The notes under the pieces were generated by a model that was given only the letters and a program-made list of their open reading frames with translations, was not told the origin of the DNA and did no database searches. This document shows positions 50,367-61,080 of a stretch of 64,000 nt of DNA, piece after piece (position 1 is the first letter of the stretch; each line of letters opens with the position of its first letter). The translations under genes were made by a program, and so were the position numbers. Source of the stretch: an uncultured delta proteobacterium (GTDB lineage Bacteria > Desulfobacterota > Binatia > Binatales > Binataceae); contig CAVUUH010000027.1 of the NCBI GenBank assembly GCA_963744545.1, positions 297,028-361,027 on the forward strand, in the 5' to 3' direction.

Positions 50367-51134
50367 GTGAAAATGAAAATCATCGACATCGGAGTGCCGC
50401 TCGATGCTGCGCCGTATCCGCCGTGGAATTATCGCTTCAAGCGCGTCAGCCACGAGGAAGGCGCGCGTGCGATGCTGCGGCTGTTCAAGGGCTCGGACGT
50501 TGGCGATTACCCGGAATCGATGGGGCTGGGATGGGAAACGATCACGCTGACCGGCCACGCCGGAAATCACATCGATGCGCCATGGCACTTCGGGCCGCTG
50601 TGCGAAGGTAAGCCTGCGCGCACGATCGATCAGATTCCGCTGGAATGGTGCTACGGCGACGGCGTGCGGCTCGATTTTCGCCATCGCCAGGGCGAGGACA
50701 TCAGCGTCGAAGACATCAAGGGCGAGCTTTCGCGAATCGGCTACGCGCTCAAGCCGCTCGACATCGTGCTGCTATGGACCGGCAGCGACCAGTATCTCGA
50801 CAACGTCGATGACTACGTGCGCCGGCAGGCGGGGCTTTCGGTGGCGGGCCAGAATTTCATTCTTGATGAAGGTGTCAAGCTGATCGGAATCGACGCGATC
50901 GCGATGGACGTGTCGTTCGCCACGATGGCGCGCAATTGGCGCGAAGGTAATCCCGACGCGCTGTTCCCGGCGCATTTCGTCGGCCGCGAGCGCGAGCACA
51001 TCCACATGGAAAAACTCGCCAACCTCGGTGCGATCCCGCGGCCGTTCGGTTTCAAAGTAAGCGCGCTACCGATCAAAATCACCGGCGGCAGCGCAGGCTG
51101 GGTGCGTCCGGTCGCGATTGTCGAAGACCCATAG
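50367..51134 (+). CDS. Cyclase family (kynurenine formamidase-like) metal hydrolase
   Basis: HAGNHIDAPWH, IGIDA, EKLANL, PIKITGGSAGWVRPVA. Confidence 0.92.
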   Translation: MKMKIIDIGVPLDAAPYPPWNYRFKRVSHEEGARAMLRLFKGSDVGDYPESMGLGWETITLTGHAGNHIDAPWHFGPLCEGKPARTIDQIPLEWCYGDGVRLDFRHRQGEDISVEDIKGELSRIGYALKPLDIVLLWTGSDQYLDNVDDYVRRQAGLSVAGQNFILDEGVKLIGIDAIAMDVSFATMARNWREGNPDALFPAHFVGREREHIHMEKLANLGAIPRPFGFKVSALPIKITGGSAGWVRPVAIVEDP

Positions 51135-51137
51135 CAG

Positions 51138-51228
51138 GCAGAGGCAGAATCTTAAATCGCGCGCAAAAGATGCGCACTGTGTAAGGACCCTCACCTTCGA
51201 TCCTCTCCCTTTCAGGGAGAGGGGAAGA
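51138..51228. repeat. Family B repeat, single arm of the 60809-61020 element
   Basis: GCAGAGGCAGAATCTTAAATCGCGCGC...GGACCCTCACCTTCGATCCTCTCCCTTTCAGGGAGAGGGGAAGA matches 60926-61019. Confidence 0.8.
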
Positions 51229-51229
51229 T

Positions 51230-51893
51230 CTACGGTTTGACGATCGGGTCGAGGACCTTCTCAGTGAGAAACTTCGACAGGTCCTGCAGGCCCTCGGCCG
51301 TGATTTCGTGGCCGCAATCGTATTCGCGAAATGTCAGGGGCACCTTCAATGAGCGCAGGGTCTCTACCGACGCTCGCGCGCGCGTGATTTCGATCATGTC
51401 GTCGGCGCGGCCGTGCTGCGACGAGCGTGGGCAGCGCTTCGAGAGCGGCGGGGTCGTTGACCTCGTCCTTCAAGTCGGGCGGGAAGAACGTGGAGAGCGC
51501 GACCAGCGCTGCGAACTTCGAGGGATTTCTGATTGCGAGCCGATACGCCATCATGCCGCCCTGGCTGAAGCCGAGCACCACCAGCTTTTTTCGATCGACC
51601 GGATATTTTTTCAGCGCCTCGTTGAGAAACTCGGTCACCATTTTGTTGGCGTCATCGATTGCACCGCGATCGGGCGATGCGCCCATTCGAATCGGAAACC
51701 ATGCGTAGCCGCGGGTCGGACCGATCGGCACTTCCATCGGACCTTGCGGGCAAATCACCATGAAGCGTCCGTCTGCGATGTACGGCGCGAGCCCCAGCAG
51801 ATCGAGCGCGCTGGCGCCGAACCCATGCATCGCAATCAGCGTCGGATGGGGTCCTTCGCCCGCCGGCTCGTAGAGGGTGTGAATCAGTCGCAT
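51230..51893 (-). CDS. Phospholipase/carboxylesterase (frameshift near 51420)
   Basis: MHGFGA, CPQGP, GFSQGG; after removing one base HGRADDMI...GHEI, stop at 51230. Confidence 0.88.
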
Positions 51894-52045
51894 CGAAGCG
51901 TTCTCCTTGGCGGCAATGCCGCATAATAGACTGCCCGCTAAGCGCCGTCGCCAGCTGAAAACCCGCGATGCTCGACACCGAGGCCTGTTCATCGCGGCTC
52001 AAATAACCGCTATCTTTATCGGCTGCGCATGTGGGCAATAGCAGG

Positions 52046-55000
52046 ATGATCGAGAGTCTGAAGGTCGAGGGGGACCGGCCTCAAGGGTGGGTTGCGTGGG
52101 CGCGAATTGCGCCGTGGGGCGTTGCCGCGTTGGCGGTCGTCGCCATCGCAGCCGCGTCGACGCCCGCAGTTTCCACCGGCAAATTACCGGGGTTCATCGC
52201 CGCCGCGATTCTGATCGCGCTGGTCGGCTACGCCTTCATCGACTACCTCCGACCCCTGACCGAAGATACCGACTCGGGCGTCATACCAGCTCTGCTGGTG
52301 CTCGCTGCCCTGGCAATTCTGAAGCTGCTGGTGATGCCGTACTTTCCCGGCTTCGGTCCTGACGTTGGCGACTACCAGGCGTGGGCGAGCCAGATCGCGA
52401 CGTTCGGTCCCGCGCATACATATCAGCAAGGGTTCTTCCTCGATTATCCGCCCGGCTACCTGTACGGGCTGTGGGTGGTCGGGATACTCGCGCATGCGAT
52501 CGGCGCCACCGGAGATTTCTACCGCGTCATAATCCAAAGTCCGGCGATCGTCGCTGACCTCGCGCTCTCGATCCTGATGTACGCCTTCATTCGGCGCGGC
52601 GGCCGGCCCGAGATGGCGTTCATCGCGATGCTGATGGTCGCGCTGAATCCGTCGCTGCTGTTTGACACCGTCGTCTGGGGCCAGAGCGATTCGGTGATGA
52701 CCTTCGTCACCCTACTCAGCATCGTGGCGATTCTCGGCAAGCAGTACGAAATTGCATGGGGCCTCGCCGCGATCGCGGTGCTGGTCAAGCCGCAGGGACT
52801 GATGATGCTCCCGGTGCTCGGCTTTTGGACGATGCTCGAGACCGACTTCGCGACCTGGGTAAGGTCAGGAATCGCGCTGATCGCGGTCGCGATCATCGGC
52901 ATCGCGCCGTTCCAAATCGGCCACGAATGGAACTGGATCATCAAGCTCTACACTTCGACCGCGGCCTACTACCACGAGACTTCGGTCAACGCATTCAACC
53001 TGATGGCGCTGCTCGGCGGACTTCGCCAGGCCGACTCGAACACCTTGGCGGGAGTATCGTTCTTCGCGCTCGGGATGAGCCTGTTGGTGCCGCTGTACGC
53101 ATTCGTCGCGTGGATCTTGTGGCGGGGCAGAACGCCGACGCGCCTGTTGTTCGCGTCGTTCATCGCGGTTTTTGGATTCTTCATGGTCGCGCCCAGGATG
53201 CACGAGCGGTACCTCTATCCTTCAATCGCGCTGGCGGTGCCATTGGCTCTGGAAGCGCCCGAGATGCTCGCGGTGTTTGTGATTCTTACGATCACATGCT
53301 TCATCAACCTCGCGTACATTCTGCACACGCTCAACACCGTCGTGTTCCTCGACTCGCGCGACGGCCTTGCGATGGTGACCTCGGCGATGAACGTCGTCGC
53401 ACTCGGGCTGGCCGTCTACTGGGGTTCGACGCGGATGAAAGACAGCAGCGCTGAGACCGACCCGATCGGCGAGTTCTTCAGCAAATTCGCGATGCCTCCG
53501 CGGCAGATCGAAGACTTCGTTGAGGAGCCAGCGGCATCCGCGCCTCCGTGGATCGCGACCGACACGATCATCATCTCGATTCTGCTGATCGCCGCCGCGA
53601 TTACTCGCTTCTGGCATCTGAGCCATCCGGCTGAGATCGTTTTCGACGAAGTACATTTCGTCGCGCAAGGCCGCCATTATTTGCACGGCGAATCATTCCT
53701 CGATCCTCATCCTCCGCTGGCCAAGCTCGTAATCTCGCTGGGTATCCTCATTTTTGGCGACAATCCGTTTGGTTGGCGGGTTGGCAACGCCACCATCGGC
53801 ACCGCGATGGTGGGAATCACGTATCTGCTCGGGCGCCGGATGTCGGGATCGCGGCTGGTCGGCACGCTCGCGGGCGCGATCATCCTTTGCGATGGGATGT
53901 ACCTGGTCGATTCGCATTACGCGGTGATCGACATCGTCTATCTCACCTGCGCGGCAGTCGCGTACCTGCTCTTTTTCAAATTCGTGCAGACGCCCGACCA
54001 GAAAGCGCGCCAACGAATTCTTCCGTGGATCGGTCTGGCGCTCGGCCTGTGCCTTGCGAGCAAGCTCTACGTCCCGGGAATCACATTTCTACTGGTGGTG
54101 GGTTTCATCGTTTACGTGATCGCAAGAGATCGCCCGAAGCCCGCACCGCCGGAGCCGGTGGTCGAGCCGAAGGCGCCGATCGATGCAAAGCCGAAGAAAA
54201 TCAAAGCGCCCGCGCCGCCGGTCCCGGTCGCACTCAACCTTTTCGATCAGACCTCGGCGCTTTTCATTTCTGCGACCTGTATCGTCCTCGGATTCCTGCT
54301 TTATCTCAGCGGCGTAACGATCTCGTTCGTCGTACTGATCATTCTCGCGTTCCTGGTAATACGCTTCGCCGAGATTTACTGGCGCAACCGCTCGTCGCCA
54401 TCAGCCGCGCAGTCGTGGCAGATGCCGTCGATGGCCGACCTACTCGAACCGATGAACGTTGGCGCAGTCCTGCTGGTCGGTTCTGTCGCCACAATCACCT
54501 ACCTCGCGGTATTCGTCCCCCACTACTATCTCGGATGGTGGGGCGGCATTTCCGATTTGTTCAAGTACTACAAAGATGTTGTCTGGTATGAGCAGAGCGT
54601 TTCATCCGCGACGCATCCGTACTCTTCGCGATGGTGGAGTTGGCCGCTGATGCTTCGCCCGATTGCTTACTGGCAGAACTTTCCCAAGACCGGCGACGTG
54701 CAGACCGTCTGGGGTGGCGGCAATCCTCTTCTATGGTGGGGCGCGCTGACCGCGATCACCATCACCGCCGTGCAGGCTATCGAGCGCCCGTCGCTCACGC
54801 GATCGTTCCTGGTCATCGGCTATCTCAGCTACCTGCTGATCTGGGCGTGGATCGGCCGCACGCTGTTCCTCTACCACTACATGGCGTCGGTTTATTTCGG
54901 ATACCTCGCGCTGGCGATTTTGCTCGCCGAATGTTTCAAGGAGCGCGCCGAGCCGTGGGAGCATCTCGCGTTGTTGCTCACGATGACGCCCGTGTTTTTT

Positions 55001-55235
55001 CTCGGGCTGCCTCCGACGTGGGCGTGGATCACCTTCATCGTGGTCATTGGCGCGTACGGGTTTCTGCTGCTGAGGACTCCGTACGCGGGCCGATACGTCG
55101 CCAGCGTATTCGTCGCTTACTGCGCTGGTTCTGTTCGTGTACTACTTCCCGATCTGGGTCGGCATACCGATAAGCCGCGAAGGATACTACGCGCGCATGT
55201 GGCTCCAGTCAGGCGGAATCCGCAATTGGATCTGA
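52046..55235 (+). CDS. Fused GT-C glycosyltransferase: GT87/ALG6-like domain + protein O-mannosyltransferase (PMT/GT39) domain (frameshift near 55118)
   Basis: DYPPGY, WGQSDS, KPQG, MHERYLYP; then VFDEVHF, HPPLAK, FGWR, HPYSSRWWSWP, FLYHY. Corrected end YYFPIWVG...WI* at 55235. Confidence 0.85.
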
Positions 55236-55279
55236 TCGCGCACGGCCGTTCGTATCGCGTCCCCGCGCGATTACCTCGA

Positions 55280-55343
55280 GGGAAGGGGTTAGGGGCCAAA
55301 TCCGGTTCCCCTTCCCACTATGGGAAGGGGTTAGGGGTTAGGT
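55280..55343 (+). repeat. Palindromic repeat family A, one and a half copies
   Basis: GGGAAGGGGTTAGGGG-ccaaa-TCCGGTTCCCCTTCCCACTATGGGAAGGGGTTAGGGGTTAGGT. Confidence 0.85.
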
Positions 55344-56084
55344 CGGCTGTGCGCAATCGTTCTTTGCGCGACGCTCGCCGCAGTATCCATCCCGGGCCGC
55401 GCCTATTCCGCCGATCAGAAGAACCTGCTGCTCAACGGCGACTTCAAAAAAGGCTCCGAGGATCAACCGGACTCCTGGCGCACCGAGGCCTGGATCAACA
55501 GCCCCGACGCGTTTCAAACGCACTGGCATTCGTACACCGACAAGCCCAGCGAAATGGAGGTCGACAACCTCAGGGCCAACGACGGCCGCTGGATGCAACC
55601 GCTGACCGTGCCGCCCGGATGGTATCAGCTCAGCGTCGATGTCCGCACGGAAGACGTCGGCGCCAAGGAATCCGGCGCGTCGATGTCGGTCATGGAAGAC
55701 GGCATCATGTCGGCGGACATCCACGGCACTACCGACTGGCAGCGCGTCACGCTGTATCTCAAGGTGGGCGGCCACGGCGCCGATATCGACGTCGCGCTGC
55801 GCGTCGGTGGATTCGGCAGCCTCAACAGCGGCAAGGCGTTCTTCAGAAACGCGTCGATGATCGCGATTGACGCGCCGCCTCCCAGCGCCACGCCCACCTA
55901 CGACCTGAGCGCGATCCGGCAGCAGGGAGCGCCGGTGCCGATAGGCTCGCCAATCTCGCTCGTCATCACCTTCCTGGCGCTGGTGGGAATTGCATGGGCC
56001 GGTTGGCGCATCTACGGCGACGACGATTTTCGCATTTTCAATACGTTCCGCGCTGCGATGGCGGGGCGCCCCAAAAAACAATGA
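55344..56084 (+). CDS. Exported CBM4/9-like carbohydrate-binding protein with C-terminal TM anchor (start unresolved)
   Basis: The frame of track ORF 55554 is open back to 55335: RLCAIVLCATLAAVSIPGRAYSA-DQKNLLLNGDF...GTTDWQRV...GKAFF; C-terminal TM. Confidence 0.75.
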   Translation, partial: RLCAIVLCATLAAVSIPGRAYSADQKNLLLNGDFKKGSEDQPDSWRTEAWINSPDAFQTHWHSYTDKPSEMEVDNLRANDGRWMQPLTVPPGWYQLSVDVRTEDVGAKESGASMSVMEDGIMSADIHGTTDWQRVTLYLKVGGHGADIDVALRVGGFGSLNSGKAFFRNASMIAIDAPPPSATPTYDLSAIRQQGAPVPIGSPISLVITFLALVGIAWAGWRIYGDDDFRIFNTFRAAMAGRPKKQ

Positions 56085-56090
56085 CCGGGG

Positions 56091-58101
56091 GTGTCTCGAG
56101 CTCCAACAGCGCGATCGGTCCCGAAGATCGTCGCCGCCAAATCGAGGCCGGCGATCTTCCTGATCCCGTTCGTCACCTACGCCTACTTTTACCAGGGCGC
56201 CGACCAGAGCATTGCGTGCCGCTTCGACCTGCTGCGCTCGATGATCGAAAAGGGCGCGCTCTATATCAACGACTTTTGCGGCTTCAACACCGCCGACATA
56301 ATCACGTTCCACGGTCACATCTATTCCGTCAAAGCGCCCGGCACGTCATACACCGCGCTGATTCCGTGGATGATCTTCCGCATCGCGCTGCTGCCGATGA
56401 ACGCGGCGCACGAGCCGGAGTATTGGGCATTCGTCACCTACCTGACGACAGTGTTCACGACCGGCTTGCTCGTCTCCGCCATGTGCGTAGTCATGTTTCG
56501 CTTCGCGCGATTTCTCGGCGCGTCAGACGGCCGCGCGGCCGGCGTCGCGCTGATTCTTGGCCTCGGGACGATCGCGTTTCCGTACGCCACTGAACTCACC
56601 GGCGAGCCGGTCGCCGCGGTATGCGTCTTCACCGCGTTCTATCTGCTGGCGACCTTCGTAACTCGTCCATCGCCGATGCGCGCATTTGTCGCCGGCTTTC
56701 TCGCAGGATGGGCGGTCCTCAACGACTACCCGGTCTTCCTCGTCGCCGCCGCAATCGGAATCTACGCGCTATTCAAACTGCGCGACTTCAAATATCTGGC
56801 GGCGTTTTCCGCCGGCGCTGCGATCACCGTCGCGATCATGCTCGCCTACAATTGGGGCGCCTTCGGCAATCCGTTCTTCTTCAGCTACCAGGCGTTCAAG
56901 CTCGCGCCGACCGAGAACCGTCAATTCCCCGAGCAGGCGGTCGGCTTCGTCGGCCTGACCTATCCGAAGATGCGCATTCTGTGGAACGTGCTCCTGGATC
57001 CGCAGCGCGGATTGTTTTTCTGCAACCCGGTGCTACTGCTGTCGGTCGTCGGCGTCGGCTATTTCGCCGAGCTGAAAAAATGGCGCGCCGAATTCGTCGT
57101 CACCGTCTATTCGTTCGTGGTGCTGATCCTGTTCAACGCATCGTACGGCGAATCGATCGTATCGTGGGGCGGCGGCACCGCGACCGGCCCGCGCCAAATC
57201 GTCGCGTCGGTTCCATTCATGGTCCTCGCGCTCACGTTTCTTCCCGCCGCATTCAACTGGCTGATGGGCGCGATCGGCGCGCTGTCGGCGGCGATCATGC
57301 TGATGGCGACCGCGACCAATCCACACTTCCCCTACGAATACGACAACCCCGTGCGCGACTTCGCACTGCAGCAATTCATGCGCGGCGACTTCGCCACCAA
57401 CCGCGACGCATTCTTCGGCGGCGGCATGATCGTGCGCGACTCGGTCGCGTTCAATCTCGGCAAACTTCTCGGACTGCCCGGCCCATTCCAGCTGTGGCCG
57501 CTGGCCGGGTTCTGGATCTTCGGTGCGTACGACTTGTCGGACACGCTCAGGCTCTGGGGCGACCGCCCTTCGCGCCGCCACAAACAAGCCGCGGTCACGG
57601 TGGCAATCGCGCTGGTCTTCCTGCTCTCGATGAACCAGCGCGTCATGCAGCCGTTCCTGAATAGCGGGCATCACGGATTGCTCGGCAGGTATTATGTCGG
57701 CGACGATTGCGGCGCGAGCGCTCCACATATAGTGAGAGTCGATCGGCAGCTTAATTTCGACACGATTGCCGAGATGGGCGCGATGCCGTTCCCCTCATGC
57801 GACATCTGGCGCGGCCAGCTTCTTGCTCCAAAAACGGGAGACTACCAATTCACGATCGACGTCGACGACTCAGGATGGGTCACCGTCGACGGCACGCCTG
57901 TGATTCACGATCCCGGCCCTGTAACCAAGGTTCACGACAGCGGCACGATTCACCTGACCGAGGGCCCGCATCGCATCGAAGTCGGCGAGCGCAACATCGG
58001 CGGCGGCTCATACCTGCACCTGTACTGGAAAATCCCCGGCTCAGGAGACCTTGGAGATCGTCCCCTCCAACGCGCTAATCCCCGACCGCGCCGGCAGCTG
58101 A
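56091..58101 (+). CDS. Polytopic GT-C-like membrane protein with C-terminal PA14 domain (frameshift near 58050)
   Basis: RFDLLRSM...NTAD...HIYSVKAPG, RGLFFCNP, WGGG...GPR; PA14 GLLGRYY, WRGQL, DVDDSG, LYWKIPG. Corrected end EIVPSNALIP...* at 58101. Confidence 0.8.
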
Positions 58102-58113
58102 GACATCTCCGTT

Positions 58114-59283
58114 TCACACCACCTTCCTGAAGGCTATCGCGGGCGGGATGTTCGCTGCCTGCGTTACTGGCGCCACGGCGCTCAGAAGACTCACCCCGAG
58201 CGCGACGAGAACTGCCAATGCCGCAGTGCTCGGTGCCACCGCCATGTATCCGAGTCCTCCCGTGAGAGCGCCGAGCGAGATGCCTCCATGGAAGCACCAC
58301 AGTGCTGCGGCAGCGCCGACAATCGCGCCGGCAAGTCCTATCAGCGCGGCCTCCGTCAGCAGCAACGCCACCACGTGGACGCGCGCGAAGCCGAGCGCGC
58401 GCATCACCGCGACCTCGGTTATCCGGTCGCGCACCATCATCGCCATCGAGTTGGCCGCGATCAGCAACACCGTCAACAGCACGACGATACATATGCTGTA
58501 CATGATTGTCCGCACGTCGCCGATCCCGGTGATGACACTGTTCAGTGCGTCCGACTCCGGCGTCGTCTCGGTTTCACCGTCCGAGTTGTGAAAGTTCTCG
58601 TCGATTTCGCCGATCACCGAATCCATGTTCTCGGCGCGATCGACTCTAACCGAAAGGAAGGTTGCGCGATCCTGAATATCGGCTCCGTACGCGTTTTTCA
58701 CCGCCTCGTCGAGCAATCGCCGATCGAAGAACAGCGCCCGCGCCGTCAAGAGTGTTGGCATTTCGGCCTTCGGAATGAGAGTCAGGGTCAGCTTCTCGTT
58801 CTCCGGTGAGCGGATAGTGAATGGCTGGCCGAGCTTAAGTCCCTGCTCGCGCATCAGCACGCTGCCGACCGATGCGTTGCGCCGATCCGTGAACATCTGC
58901 TTGCGTATCTCGGGCGGCAGCTGAAAATCGCTCGGCCCGCTGACCGAATAGATGTCCTGCGTCACGCCGATCGCCATAATCTGATTGCGCGGGTCGCGAT
59001 AAATCGCGCCCCACTGAAGCTCGGGCGCGCACCCCATCACGTGCGGCATCTTCCTGATATCGTTGCAGTACTTCGCCGGCAGCTTGTAAGAGTTGTGCGC
59101 GATAACGATCAGGCGCAGGCCCTTCGCGGCGTCGGCCGCGATTCGATCCATCGACACCGGCACCGCCACCAGCACTGTGAACAGGAAGACCGCGACCGCA
59201 AAGCTGAGCGCGGTCAGAATCGTGCGCCGCAGCTGACGCCGCATATTGCGGATCGCGACGATGAACAGCTTCGCTATCATCAT
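58114..59283 (-). CDS. FtsX/MacB-type ABC transporter permease
   Basis: RNMRRQLRRTILT, NSMAMMVRDRITEVAVMRALGF, LLTEAALIG; start set at ATG 59283. Confidence 0.9.
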   Translation of the reverse strand: MMIAKLFIVAIRNMRRQLRRTILTALSFAVAVFLFTVLVAVPVSMDRIAADAAKGLRLIVIAHNSYKLPAKYCNDIRKMPHVMGCAPELQWGAIYRDPRNQIMAIGVTQDIYSVSGPSDFQLPPEIRKQMFTDRRNASVGSVLMREQGLKLGQPFTIRSPENEKLTLTLIPKAEMPTLLTARALFFDRRLLDEAVKNAYGADIQDRATFLSVRVDRAENMDSVIGEIDENFHNSDGETETTPESDALNSVITGIGDVRTIMYSICIVVLLTVLLIAANSMAMMVRDRITEVAVMRALGFARVHVVALLLTEAALIGLAGAIVGAAAALWCFHGGISLGALTGGLGYMAVAPSTAALAVLVALGVSLLSAVAPVTQAANIPPAIAFRKVV

Positions 59284-60440
59284 GCTTCCCGAATCGAATC
59301 GATCACCCCGATGCGCGCCGCGCGCCATGCCGGCGCAAAACCTCCAACCACACCGATCACGCTCGCCGCGGCCAGCCCCGCGACAATCGCCGCCGGCGTC
59401 GGCCGATATGAAAAGAAGGTCGAACCAACACTGAGCAGGCGGCTGTTCAAGCCCGTGCCCCACGCGACGATATACGCCAGCACGACTCCCGCAACGCCGC
59501 CAGCGATACCGAGAATAGCGCTCTCGATCACGAAGCTGCCGAGAATATTCCCGCGCGAGAAACCCAGCACGCGCAGCACGCCGATCTCGCGCTTGCGCCG
59601 TGCCACAGCCGCGTACATCGTGTTCATCCCGCCGAAGACCGCGCCGACGCCGAGCATCAGCGCCACGATCAGCCCGAGCGATCGCAACTGGTCCACCACT
59701 TTGGTTTGCGAGGCGTAGTAGTCGCGCTCGGATACCGCGTCGACCTTCAGCCGTGAGTCACTCTTGAGCGCCTGCTGGAATGCGTCCGCGGTGCCGGGTT
59801 TCAACACGACATGCAGCGAGTTGGTGTCTTTGCCGGGGCTCTGCGCGTCGGTGAGCAGGTCATCGTAATCGGTCCAAATTTCGGATTCGCGCGCGCTGTC
59901 CTCGTCGGAGAAAACTCCGACAATTGTCCAGTTGCGCCGGCCGTAATGCATCTGAGTGCCGATCGTCATATACGGCTGCCGTGCCTCGATCTTCTGCCCG
60001 ACGGCCCATTCGCCGTCGCCGCGAGTCGGCCAATGCCCCGCGATCAGGTGCATGTTGCGATGCACCTTGATGGCGATCGGCATCACGCCGCGCATCAGCA
60101 CGAACTGGCGCACATGCTTGTCGCGACTGATATTCACGCCTGCGAAAATCTCGGGCGACATCAGCGGCTGGCCCGAGTCACTGGTTGCGATTTCGGGCCG
60201 CACGCGGATGAGGTCCATAAGGGCATGCGGAATGAAGCTCGCGGTTTCATCTGGCGAACCCCGACTGAGCAACACCCAGTTGCGCTCGCCCGCCGCATTG
60301 AGCATCGTGCCTTTGAGCCCGCCGATGAACCCGAACAGAATCACGAAAATCATCGCGACCAGGCCAAGCCCAAGCACGGTCATCAGCGAGGTCGTGCGAC
60401 GCTCGAGCAGGCTCCTAAGATTGTAGCGGATTGGAATCAC
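59280..60440 (-). CDS. FtsX/MacB-type ABC transporter permease
   Basis: IPIRYNLRSL, NTMYAAVARRKREIGVLRVLGFS, PAWRAAR. Confidence 0.92.
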   Translation of the reverse strand: MIPIRYNLRSLLERRTTSLMTVLGLGLVAMIFVILFGFIGGLKGTMLNAAGERNWVLLSRGSPDETASFIPHALMDLIRVRPEIATSDSGQPLMSPEIFAGVNISRDKHVRQFVLMRGVMPIAIKVHRNMHLIAGHWPTRGDGEWAVGQKIEARQPYMTIGTQMHYGRRNWTIVGVFSDEDSARESEIWTDYDDLLTDAQSPGKDTNSLHVVLKPGTADAFQQALKSDSRLKVDAVSERDYYASQTKVVDQLRSLGLIVALMLGVGAVFGGMNTMYAAVARRKREIGVLRVLGFSRGNILGSFVIESAILGIAGGVAGVVLAYIVAWGTGLNSRLLSVGSTFFSYRPTPAAIVAGLAAASVIGVVGGFAPAWRAARIGVIDSIREA

Positions 60441-60808
60441 GCTCCCCCTCTCAGTTTTTCGACGGTATCATTTGAGCAAGCTACCGGCTACGAGGTGTTT
60501 CAGTAGAACTCGCATAGGCTGGAAGTCGACAGATCTACAACAGGTTGGGGTGCTGAAATGCGTACGGCACCACCGGTAGCTTCGTTCCGTCAAAAACAGT
60601 TTTGCGCGAGAGTGTTTGACATATTCTTCGCCTGCGCTGGAGGGTCCGTCGGGGACGATATGATGACCAGCAGTCATTCCAAATTAACTACCACGATCAG
60701 CGACATCGGCATAAGGCAGTAGAGTTCATCCTGAACGTTTCGGCCAGAAACAGTCCGCGCTAATCCCTCTCCCTGTTAGGGAAATCTGCGCATGAACGGA
60801 GGCCGGCC

Positions 60809-61020
60809 TTCTTCCCCTCTCCCTGTCAGGGAGAGGATTAAGGTGAGGGTCCGCGTACAGCGCGCTTCCTGCGCGCGACTCAAGATTCTGCTTTCTCCTT
60901 GAACCGACACTAACGCGAGTTCGGAGCAGAGGCAGAATCTTGAATCGCGCGCGGAATGATCGCGCGCTGTAAATCGGACCCTTACCTTCGATCCTCTCCC
61001 ATTCTGGGAGAGGGGAAGAA
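60809..61020. repeat. ~210-bp inverted-repeat element (family B REPIN-like)
   Basis: ~90-bp imperfect arms: TTCTTCCCCTCTCCC...GGGTCCG...CAAGATTCTGC and GCAGAATCTTG...CGGACCC...GGGAGAGGGGAAGAA. Confidence 0.85.
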
Positions 61021-61080
61021 CTTCAGGAAGATGAGCAAGGCTCTCTTTTATCGGGAGGGCGGGCACGGCGGCCCGCCCCA

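Noticed and set aside
52031-55870. 1279-aa giant ORF
   Set aside because: Read-through caused by a frameshift near 55118; the PMT ends at 55235 and the tail is out-of-frame CBM sequence.
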